NCBI GenBank assembly: GCA_050485685.1
Contig: JBJHBW010000002.1
Coordinates: 11,959-75,958, forward strand
Source of the DNA: Gammaproteobacteria bacterium
GTDB taxonomy: Bacteria > Pseudomonadota > Gammaproteobacteria > Steroidobacterales > Rariloculaceae
Direction of reading: 5' to 3'
Length of the DNA: 64,000 bases
Shown: positions 33,055 through 40,623 of the stretch, one piece after another
How positions within the stretch are numbered: position 1 is the stretch's first letter
Layout: each line of letters opens with the position of its first letter
Made by a program: the position numbers and the translations under genes
Notes under the pieces: generated by a model
Told to the model about the DNA's origin: nothing
Seen by the model: the letters and a program-made list of their open reading frames with translations, nothing else
Databases searched by the model: none

Positions 33055-33084
33055 AATGGCGGCCGGTTTCAGGCGTACCCGGCT

Positions 33085-34461
33085 ATGAAGATTCTGATTC
33101 TCGGCGCAGGGCAGGTGGGCTCAACGGCCGCCTACAGCCTGGCGCGTGAGGAAGCCAACGACGTCACCATCGTCGACCGCAATGCCGACGTGCTGCGTGA
33201 ACTGCAGGACCGGCTGGACGTGCGTACCGTGGTCGGCAACGCCGCGTACCCCAGCGTACTCGAACGCGCCGGTGCCAACGATGCCGACATGATCATCGCG
33301 CTGACCAACAGCGACGAAATCAACATGGTCGCATGCCAGATCGCCTACACGCTGTTCCGCACACCGACCAAGATCGCCCGCATACGCGCCGGCGAGTACA
33401 CCAAGTACGAAAACCTGTTCGGCCAGCAGGCGCTGCCAGTGGACGTGATGATCAGCCCCGAAGAACTGGTCACCGAACATATAGAACAGCTGATTCACCT
33501 GCCCGGTGCCCTGCAGGTGCTGGAATTCGCCGACGACCGCATACGCATGGTCGCCGCGCGTGCGCACCGCGGTGGGGCGCTGCTGGGCCAGCCGCTGAGC
33601 GAACTGCCGCACCACATTCCCAATGTTGAGTGCCGAGTCGTTGCGATCTATCGCGGCGGCCGCAACATCAATTCCGATGGCAACACGATCGTGGAAGAAG
33701 GCGACGAAGTGTTCTTCATCGCCGCGCGCAACGACGTGCGCTCGGTGCTCAGCGAGATGCGCAAACTCGACGAACCGGTACGCCGGGTCGTGATCGCCGG
33801 TGGCGGCAACATCGGCTTCCGCCTGGCACGCGCGCTGGAAGCGACGAACAACGTCAAGATCATAGAACGCGGCTACGAGCGCGCCCGGGAAATCTCGGAG
33901 CGTCTCGACAAGGCCATCGTGCTGCACGGCGATGCGGCTGATGAGGAGATGCTGCTGGAGGAAAACATAGACAGCACCGATGTCTTCGTTGCCGTCACCA
34001 ATGCCGAAGAGGCCAATATCCTCTCGGCCATGCTCGCCAAACGGCTGGGAGCGCACAAGGTCATGGCGCTGATCAACAAACCCGCCTATGCGGAACTGGT
34101 CGAAGCCGGCACCATAGACGTCGCGATATCGCCGCAGCAGATCACACTGGGTTCGCTGCTCGCGCACGTGCGACGCGGCGATGTAGTCAAGGTTCATGCG
34201 TTGCGCCGCGGTGCCGCCGAGGCGATAGAGGCGATAGCGCATGGCGATGCACGCGAGTCACGCGTGGTCGGCCGCACCGTGGACCAGATCCGGCTGCCGC
34301 GCGGCGCGACCATCAGCGCCATCGTCAGGGGCGAGGAAGTGCTGATGGCGCATCACGACACTGTCATCCAGGCCGACGATCATGTGATCCTGTTCCTCGC
34401 AGACAGACGTCAGATCGACGAGGTTGAGCGCCTGTTCGAAGTGGGTGTCACCTTCGTCTGA
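33085..34461 (+). CDS. trkA: Trk potassium uptake system NAD-binding protein TrkA
   Basis: Two Rossmann motifs 'ILGAGQVGS' and 'IAGGGNIGF', each followed by a TrkA-C domain. 458 aa. Confidence 0.9.
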   Translation: MKILILGAGQVGSTAAYSLAREEANDVTIVDRNADVLRELQDRLDVRTVVGNAAYPSVLERAGANDADMIIALTNSDEINMVACQIAYTLFRTPTKIARIRAGEYTKYENLFGQQALPVDVMISPEELVTEHIEQLIHLPGALQVLEFADDRIRMVAARAHRGGALLGQPLSELPHHIPNVECRVVAIYRGGRNINSDGNTIVEEGDEVFFIAARNDVRSVLSEMRKLDEPVRRVVIAGGGNIGFRLARALEATNNVKIIERGYERAREISERLDKAIVLHGDAADEEMLLEENIDSTDVFVAVTNAEEANILSAMLAKRLGAHKVMALINKPAYAELVEAGTIDVAISPQQITLGSLLAHVRRGDVVKVHALRRGAAEAIEAIAHGDARESRVVGRTVDQIRLPRGATISAIVRGEEVLMAHHDTVIQADDHVILFLADRRQIDEVERLFEVGVTFV

Positions 34462-34546
34462 TCGGCGACCGGTGGCGCTTCCGAAAGTTGGTCCCTGACG
34501 TCGCTCCCTGAGGATAGTTCCGGACAGTGTTCCCTGAAGGTACTTC

Positions 34547-34867
34547 ATGAACATGACGGCAAACCTGGAGGCCATGCTGGCGCGCGGGCAGGACAACCCG
34601 GCGCTGCGACTTGCGCTGGCAGCACGGTATTTCGATCAGGGTGACATGACGCGTGCCTGCGAGCACGCCGCCGCCGCGACCAAACAGGACGCCGACTACT
34701 CGGCCGCATGGAAACTGCTGGGGCGGGCCCAGGCCGCGGCCGGGCAGACGGAGGCCGCTGCCGCCACATTCAGACAGGGCATGGCGGTGGCATCACGGCG
34801 CGGCGACCAGCAGGCGGCGCGCGAGATGCAGGTATTTCTGAAGCGCCTTGAGAAGAGCAGTTCATGA
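34547..34867 (+). CDS. Small TPR-like protein
   Basis: 106 aa, helical Ala-rich repeats ('[16 protein letters not shown]', '[14 protein letters not shown]'). Overlaps the dtd start. Confidence 0.55.
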   Translation: MNMTANLEAMLARGQDNPALRLALAARYFDQGDMTRACEHAAAATKQDADYSAAWKLLGRAQAAAGQTEAAAATFRQGMAVASRRGDQQAAREMQVFLKRLEKSSS

Positions 34868-35325
34868 TCGGTCTGCTGCAGCGCGTCACCCGCGCCGACG
34901 TGACCGTGGACGGCGAGACCATCGCACAGATCGGGCACGGCCTGCTGGTGCTGGTCGGCGTGGAACGGGGCGACACGCCTGCCGTCGCCGACCGGCTGGC
35001 GGAAAGGCTGCTGAACTACCGTGTGTTCGCCGACTCTGAGGGACGCATGAACCTGAACGTCGCGGATGCCGGCGGCAGCGTGCTGGCGGTCCCGCAGTTC
35101 ACCCTGGCGGCGGACACCACGCGTGGCAATCGGCCCGGTTTTTCCGGTGCCGCGGAGCCGGATTCCGGCCAGCGCCTGTTCCAGCGCCTGCTGGAGAGCC
35201 TGTCGACCGGCCCCGTGCCGGTGGCCAGCGGCCGTTTCGGCGCCGATATGCAGGTGGGGCTGGTCAACAGCGGGCCGGTCACGTTCTGGCTGCGGGTCGC
35301 GCCGGCCGGCGAGTCCGACAGGTGA
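34864..35325 (+). CDS. dtd: D-aminoacyl-tRNA deacylase
   Basis: '[18 protein letters not shown]...[14 protein letters not shown]' and '[10 protein letters not shown]'. Confidence 0.9.
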   Translation: MIGLLQRVTRADVTVDGETIAQIGHGLLVLVGVERGDTPAVADRLAERLLNYRVFADSEGRMNLNVADAGGSVLAVPQFTLAADTTRGNRPGFSGAAEPDSGQRLFQRLLESLSTGPVPVASGRFGADMQVGLVNSGPVTFWLRVAPAGESDR

Positions 35326-35375
35326 CCCCTGCTTTTCGCGTATCATGTGTTTTTTGACCCTTCTGGAGAGTTGAC

Positions 35376-35627
35376 ATGGGACTGGGCGGCATCAGCATCT
35401 GGCAGCTGCTAATCGTGCTGCTGATCGTCGTGCTGATCTTCGGGACCAAGCGTCTGAAGACCATCGGGGGTGACCTGGGCGGAGCATTGAAGAGCTTCCG
35501 CAAGGCCATGAACCACGATGACGACGACAAGGACAAGGAAGACGGGAACAACGAAACCAAGCGGCTGGAGAGCGAGAAGCCCGACGCCGAGTTCGCTGAA
35601 CACAAAGACAAGGCCGGCCACGGCTGA
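35376..35627 (+). CDS. tatA: Twin-arginine translocase protein TatA
   Basis: '[40 protein letters not shown]'. Confidence 0.9.
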   Translation: MGLGGISIWQLLIVLLIVVLIFGTKRLKTIGGDLGGALKSFRKAMNHDDDDKDKEDGNNETKRLESEKPDAEFAEHKDKAGHG

Positions 35628-35650
35628 AGAGCGAGTGACGGACCACTACG

Positions 35651-36118
35651 ATGTTCGACGTCGGATTTGTGGAGCTGCTGGTCATTTTCGTGCTCGGGCT
35701 GCTGATTCTGGGCCCGGAGCGGCTTCCGCGCGTGGTCTCGAAACTCGGCCGCTGGATAGGCAAGGCACGTCGCACAGCCTCTGACCTGCGACGCCAGCTG
35801 GAGCGCGAGATAGAGCTCGAGGAATTCTCGAAGTCCAACCGCAAACCACCACGGCCGCCACAGCGACCGTCACCATTTCCGCCACCGGATGAAGCACAGG
35901 CACAGGGAACCGAAAACGCCGATTCATCTGACTCATATGATTCATCCGAGCCGTCCGCCGGCAGCATCTGGCCTCCGCAGGATGCACCCTCGGCCGAGAG
36001 TCCGGCTTCGACTGCCGATGGCGATACCAAGCCAGACATGAACACTGGCAGCGACGCCGGCCACAGTGACGGCATGGACAGCGACCAGCGTGCCGACAAC
36101 GCCGCAGCCGGGCGATGA
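35651..36118 (+). CDS. tatB: Twin-arginine translocase protein TatB
   Basis: 'MFDVGFVELLVIFVLGLLILGPERLP' and an acidic C-terminal tail. Confidence 0.85.
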   Translation: MFDVGFVELLVIFVLGLLILGPERLPRVVSKLGRWIGKARRTASDLRRQLEREIELEEFSKSNRKPPRPPQRPSPFPPPDEAQAQGTENADSSDSYDSSEPSAGSIWPPQDAPSAESPASTADGDTKPDMNTGSDAGHSDGMDSDQRADNAAAGR

Positions 36119-36906
36119 ACACACACGATCCACATCACGAGCCTGAGCAGCTGGCTGAGGGAACGCTGGTCTCTCACCTCGTTGAGCTGCGCTCCCGACT
36201 GATGAAATGCATGCTGGCGGTGGCGGTGATCTTCGTAGCCCTCGTGCCGTTCGCGCAGCAGACCTACACCGCAATAGCCAATCCGCTGCAGGCGCGGCTG
36301 GAAGATGCCGGCTGGTCCATGATCACGATCGACCCGGCGGCACCGTTTCTCGTGCCATTCAAGACAACGCTTTTCGTGGCACTGTTTCTGGCCATGCCGG
36401 TGGTGCTCTATCAGATCTGGCAGTTCGTTGCTCCCGGCCTGTACCGCAACGAACGGCGCTTCGCGTTTCCTCTGCTGGTATCCAGCATTCTGCTGTTCTA
36501 CGCCGGCATGGCATTCGCCTATTACGTGGTTTTTCCGCTGATGTTCGCTTTCTTCATCGCCTTCACGCCGGAAGGCGTGATGATGTACACGGACATCAAT
36601 TCCTACCTGAGTTTCGTGCTGACAATCTTCTTCGCTTTCGGTATCGCGTTTGAGGTGCCGATTGCCACCGTGATCCTGGTATGGAGCGGTCTGACCACCG
36701 TGAAAGCCATGTCGCGCGCCAGGCCCTACGTGTTTCTGGGCGCCTTCGTGATCGGCATGTTCCTCACGCCGCCGGACATGATCTCGCAGACCCTGCTCGC
36801 GGTTCCTATCTACATCCTCTACGAGAGCGGCCTGCTGCTGTGTCGGATCATGCTGCCGGAGAAGGTGGCTGCGGAAACGGCGGAACAGTCGCCTGGCGAG
36901 ACCTGA
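36115..36906 (+). CDS. tatC: Twin-arginine translocase subunit TatC
   Basis: 'LVSHLVELRSRL' and a six-TM pattern with 'FVAPGLYRNERR'. Overlaps the tatB stop. Confidence 0.9.
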   Translation: MNTHDPHHEPEQLAEGTLVSHLVELRSRLMKCMLAVAVIFVALVPFAQQTYTAIANPLQARLEDAGWSMITIDPAAPFLVPFKTTLFVALFLAMPVVLYQIWQFVAPGLYRNERRFAFPLLVSSILLFYAGMAFAYYVVFPLMFAFFIAFTPEGVMMYTDINSYLSFVLTIFFAFGIAFEVPIATVILVWSGLTTVKAMSRARPYVFLGAFVIGMFLTPPDMISQTLLAVPIYILYESGLLLCRIMLPEKVAAETAEQSPGET

Positions 36907-36977
36907 ACCCGCGCCGGCAGCGCAATGCCGACGGCAATCAGCGGTCTGGCAATCAGCACCACAGGTTACTTATCCTG

Positions 36978-38123
36978 ATGCAGATGGACAGCAAGCTGCC
37001 CGGTGTCGGGACAACGATCTTCTCCGTGATGAGCGCGCTTGCCGAACAGCACGGAGCGATCAACCTTTCGCAGGGGTTCCCCGACTTTCAACCGCCGCCG
37101 GAGCTGGTCGAGCGTCTGCACCATCACACGCAACGCGGACGCAACCAGTATGCGCCGATGGCCGGGGTGCCGGCACTTCGCGAGGCCATTGCCGGGCACC
37201 TGAGCGAAACCTGTGAAGTCGCCGCCGATCCGGAGGCCGAGATCACGGTGACGGCCGGCGCCACGGAGGCGCTGTTCTGCGCGATACAGGCCGTCGTACA
37301 TCCCGGCGACGAAGTCATCGTGTTCGATCCGGCCTACGATTCCTATGAACCGGCAGTGACGCTGGCCAGCGGACACACCGTGCATGTACCGCTGACGCTG
37401 CCGGAATTCGCCGTGGACTGGGACCGTGTTGCAGCTGCAATCAGCGAGCGTACACGGCTGCTGATCATCAACTCACCGCATAATCCCACCGGCGCACTGC
37501 TGACGCGTGAGGATCTGGACAGCCTGGCACGCCTGCTGGCGCCGACGAACTGCATGGTGCTCAGCGATGAAGTCTATGACGGCATGGTCTTCGATGGTCG
37601 CCGGCACGCCAGTGTGCTGGCGCATGCGGAGCTGCGTAAGCGCAGTCTTGCAGTGTTCTCTTTCGGAAAGTCCTGTCATGCCACCGGCTGGAAGACCGGC
37701 TACGCGGTGGCACCTGCGCAACTGACCACGGAGCTGCGCAGGGTGCATCAGTATGTGACGTTCGCGGTCAACACGCCGGTGCAGCATGCGCTGGCCGACC
37801 ACCTGCGTGAGCATCGTGAGCACTATCGCACGCTCTCCACGTTCTATCAGGCCAGGCGCGACGAGTTTCGCCGCCTGCTGGCCGGCAGCCGGCTCAGGCT
37901 GCTGCCCTCGCATGGCACCTACTTTCAGCTCGCCGATTACAGTGCGATATCGGATCTCGCCGATACGGAATTTGCGCGCTGGCTCACAGTGGAACACGGT
38001 GTGGCGACCATCCCGATCTCGGTCTTTTTCGCTTCGCCACCGGATACGCGGCTGGTCCGCTTCTGCTTTGCAAAGACGTCAGCAACTCTGAAGCAGGCTG
38101 CCGAACGGCTCTGCGCGGTCTGA
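36978..38123 (+). CDS. PLP-dependent aminotransferase, class I (YbdL/methionine aminotransferase-like)
   Basis: 'INLSQGFPDF', 'NSPHNPTG' and PLP-Lys context 'SFGKSCHATGWKTGY'. Start at ATG 36978; the upstream part of the track ORF overlaps tatC. Confidence 0.8.
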   Translation: MQMDSKLPGVGTTIFSVMSALAEQHGAINLSQGFPDFQPPPELVERLHHHTQRGRNQYAPMAGVPALREAIAGHLSETCEVAADPEAEITVTAGATEALFCAIQAVVHPGDEVIVFDPAYDSYEPAVTLASGHTVHVPLTLPEFAVDWDRVAAAISERTRLLIINSPHNPTGALLTREDLDSLARLLAPTNCMVLSDEVYDGMVFDGRRHASVLAHAELRKRSLAVFSFGKSCHATGWKTGYAVAPAQLTTELRRVHQYVTFAVNTPVQHALADHLREHREHYRTLSTFYQARRDEFRRLLAGSRLRLLPSHGTYFQLADYSAISDLADTEFARWLTVEHGVATIPISVFFASPPDTRLVRFCFAKTSATLKQAAERLCAV

Positions 38124-38139
38124 ACAGCCGCCTGCTGCG

Positions 38140-38913
38140 TCAGTTACGCAGCGATTCGCGCGTGAACAGCTCGGCCACCAGCTGCGCCGTCGCCTCCCGG
38201 CCCCCGGCCATGTCCACCGTAGTGACGTAACGTCCATTCACGACCACGGCCGGCGCAGACGACACCCGATAGCGACGCGCCAGATCCGCGGCCCGGCGAA
38301 CGTCCGCCGTGATGCGCGTGGAGTGGAACAGTTCGTCGAAGGCCTGGGCGGTGACACCGGTTCGGGTGAACAGGGCGCGCAGTTCATCTTCGCTGTCCAG
38401 CGCGCGACCGGCGTCCAGCACCTCGCGGTACATGGCAGCGTGCAGTTCGTCGACCCGGCCCAGCGCGACTGCCGTGTACCAGGCCCGAGCCCACAGCACG
38501 CCGGTATCCCCAGCCACCAGCGGAATACGCACCAGGCTGTGGCGGGCAGTGCGCCCGGCCGGCGGGTAACTTCGCGCCAGATCGGCCTCCAGTGTTCGAC
38601 AGGGTGTGCAGCCATACGAGAACAGCATCGCGACCTCGACCTGATCCGGTCCGGACGAGGTGGGCTGGGTCGGCGACAGGCGTCGATAGTGGCGGCTCTG
38701 TTGAAACTGCGATGACGCAAGTTCCGCTACATCTGCCGGGAGTGGCTCTACCTCCTCGGACAGAGGTTCCGCCGGGAATCCGACGGCGTTGCCGGCGTCG
38801 GGATCAAGGAACAGATCGGACTCAAGGGCAGGATCCGATTCCTCGGCCGGCATGCACGCAGCCACCAGGAGCAGCGCTGCCACCGTCATCAGGTAGCGCG
38901 TGAATCGCTTCAT
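38140..38913 (-). CDS. dsbA: DsbA-family thiol:disulfide oxidoreductase (lipoprotein-type signal)
   Basis: Lipobox 'LLVAAC', active site 'FSYGCTPC', and C-terminal 'SAPAVVVNGRY'. Downstream of cytochrome c4 as in Pseudomonas. Confidence 0.75.
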   Translation of the reverse strand: MKRFTRYLMTVAALLLVAACMPAEESDPALESDLFLDPDAGNAVGFPAEPLSEEVEPLPADVAELASSQFQQSRHYRRLSPTQPTSSGPDQVEVAMLFSYGCTPCRTLEADLARSYPPAGRTARHSLVRIPLVAGDTGVLWARAWYTAVALGRVDELHAAMYREVLDAGRALDSEDELRALFTRTGVTAQAFDELFHSTRITADVRRAADLARRYRVSSAPAVVVNGRYVTTVDMAGGREATAQLVAELFTRESLRN

Positions 38914-38961
38914 GGCAATGCCTCCGAGTCAGGTTCGCAAGGCATCGCGCCTGACGCCCGA

Positions 38962-39573
38962 CTATTGCAGTCCCTGCATGTAACTGGCGACGGCGCGCAT
39001 TTCGTCTTCGCGCAGCGCTGCAGCGATGTCGCGCATGACCTGGCCCAGGGCCTGGTCGGAACGTCGCTCACCGGCCGCGTACTGACGCAGCGTGTTGAAC
39101 GCATAGGTGGCATGCTGGCCGCTGATCACCGGATACGGCGTCAGCGGATTGCCCTGACCGGAAGGGCCATGGCAGGCGATACAGGCAGCGACACCGCGCT
39201 CGGCAATGCCGCCACGGTAGATGCGCTCACCGAGGGAGACGAGTTCCGGATCCGCACCGCGGGGAACCGGAGTCTGCGCCTCGTAGAAGGCGGCGAGATC
39301 GGCAATGTCCTGCTCGGAAAGGCCCACGGCAAACGGCGTCATCGTCACTTCTTCGCGTTCACCGGTCTGGAATGCGCGCAGCTGTTGGGCGATATAGCGC
39401 GCGTGCTGGCCGGCCAGGCTGGGCCATTCGGCGGCCGGGCTGTTGCCGTCCGCACCGTGACAGGCCGCGCAGGTGGCGGACTTGTCGCGCCCGGCTTCGA
39501 CGGAACCGGTGACCGTCGTGGTCTGGGCGAAGAGGTTTGAGGACACCAGCATGCAGCCGAATACGGCAAGCAT
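38962..39573 (-). CDS. Dihaem cytochrome c4
   Basis: Two haem motifs 'CAACHG' and 'CIACHG', each with a downstream Met-containing segment. Signal peptide 'MLAVFGCMLVSSNLFAQ'. Start could instead be GTG 39636. Confidence 0.85.
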   Translation of the reverse strand: MLAVFGCMLVSSNLFAQTTTVTGSVEAGRDKSATCAACHGADGNSPAAEWPSLAGQHARYIAQQLRAFQTGEREEVTMTPFAVGLSEQDIADLAAFYEAQTPVPRGADPELVSLGERIYRGGIAERGVAACIACHGPSGQGNPLTPYPVISGQHATYAFNTLRQYAAGERRSDQALGQVMRDIAAALREDEMRAVASYMQGLQ

Positions 39574-39724
39574 GCCGGCAGCGAACCGTATGGCAGGGCG
39601 GCTGCTCGCGCCCGCGTAATCAGTCGTTCCGTGCACCGATGCGAATCCCTGTGTACCTTGGCCAGTCAGCGGGCGCCGATTGTACACTAATCGACCCCGC
39701 CCCAGCAGTGGACACGCCCCCGCC

Positions 39725-40324
39725 ATGCCCGCCGAATTCATGAAAAGCGCCACCCGCCGGCGAGAGTTTCCGCCCGACAGCGGCCGGGAAGTAGCCTTCG
39801 CCGGACGCTCCAATTCCGGCAAGTCCAGCGCCATCAACGCGATCCTTGGCACACGCAAGCTGGCCCGCACCAGCAAGACGCCCGGTCGCACGCAGCTGAT
39901 CAATTTCTTCGCGGTCGGACCGGCACAGCACGAGCAGGAACAGCGGGTCGTGGATCTGCCCGGTTACGGCTTCGCCCGCGTGCCGCCGGAGGTACAGCGA
40001 ACCTGGCAGCGCATGCTGGAGGACTACTTTCAATCGCGAGCCTCGCTGGCCGGGGTGCTGATCACGGTGGACATACGCCGCGGCCTGACGCCGCTGGACC
40101 GTGACATGCTGGGCTGGACCCTGCCGCTGGGTGTGCCGGTGGGCCTGCTGCTGACGAAGGCCGACAAGCTCAGCCGCGGCGCGGCACTCGCCCAGCGCCG
40201 TGCCATCGCGGCCGAGGCCGGTGACGAGGTGGCCTCGCTGACGCTGTTTTCAGCGCTCAAGGGGCAGGGCGTGCCCGAGGTGCGGGATCAGCTGCAGGCG
40301 TGGCTGGGGGGCGTTCAGGCATAA
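39725..40324 (+). CDS. engB: Ribosome biogenesis GTPase EngB/YihA
   Basis: 'EVAFAGRSNSGKSSAINAIL', 'VDLPGYGFA' and 'LLTKADKL'. Start ATG 39725 or nearby. Confidence 0.9.
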   Translation: MPAEFMKSATRRREFPPDSGREVAFAGRSNSGKSSAINAILGTRKLARTSKTPGRTQLINFFAVGPAQHEQEQRVVDLPGYGFARVPPEVQRTWQRMLEDYFQSRASLAGVLITVDIRRGLTPLDRDMLGWTLPLGVPVGLLLTKADKLSRGAALAQRRAIAAEAGDEVASLTLFSALKGQGVPEVRDQLQAWLGGVQA

Positions 40325-40363
40325 AGAAACCCCGGGTGCGGGATTCAGGGGACACACCCGGGG
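40322..40363 (-). terminator. Rho-independent terminator oriented for minus-strand transcripts
   Basis: 9-bp GC stem 'CCCCGGGTG'/'CACCCGGGG' (40330-40363). On the minus strand it is followed by 'TTTCTTTAT'. The U-tract exists only in the minus orientation. Confidence 0.55.
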
Positions 40364-40530
40364 TTGAGTATCCCGGTTGGGGTTACCGGGAACAGCCCGC
40401 TTAGGGAGGATAGCGGGAGGGCATTCGCAAACGCCCTGATCACTTAGGCTAAGACCCTGTCTAAAAGTTCCGCGTCGAGGTGCCGGCCAGGGCCACCGTT
40501 TCGAACCCGCAGCCGGAGCCTGGCACCATT
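40322..40530 (-). ncRNA. Candidate structured sRNA or long polA 3'UTR in the polA-engB spacer
   Basis: 300-nt non-coding spacer. Four consecutive stem-loops at 40330-40440 end in the minus-strand terminator. A-T-rich 'TAATATTAT' -10-like element lies at about 40536-40544. This is the same locus that holds spf (E. coli) and ErsA (Pseudomonas). No sequence similarity to either was recognised. Confidence 0.3.
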
Positions 40531-40623
40531 AGACATAATATTACGATTCGGGCTGGCAGGGGGCCAGTCCGACAGGAACTTACTGAACCTGCGTCAGACT
40601 GAACGTGCTTCAGACTGATCGGT

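Noticed and set aside
40485-40530. tRNA-like signals: 'GGTTCGAAA' on the minus strand and '...GGCACCA' on the plus strand.
   Set aside because: I could not build a T-arm (the flanks are not complementary), an acceptor stem or an anticodon arm on either strand. This is probably just part of the spacer secondary structure.
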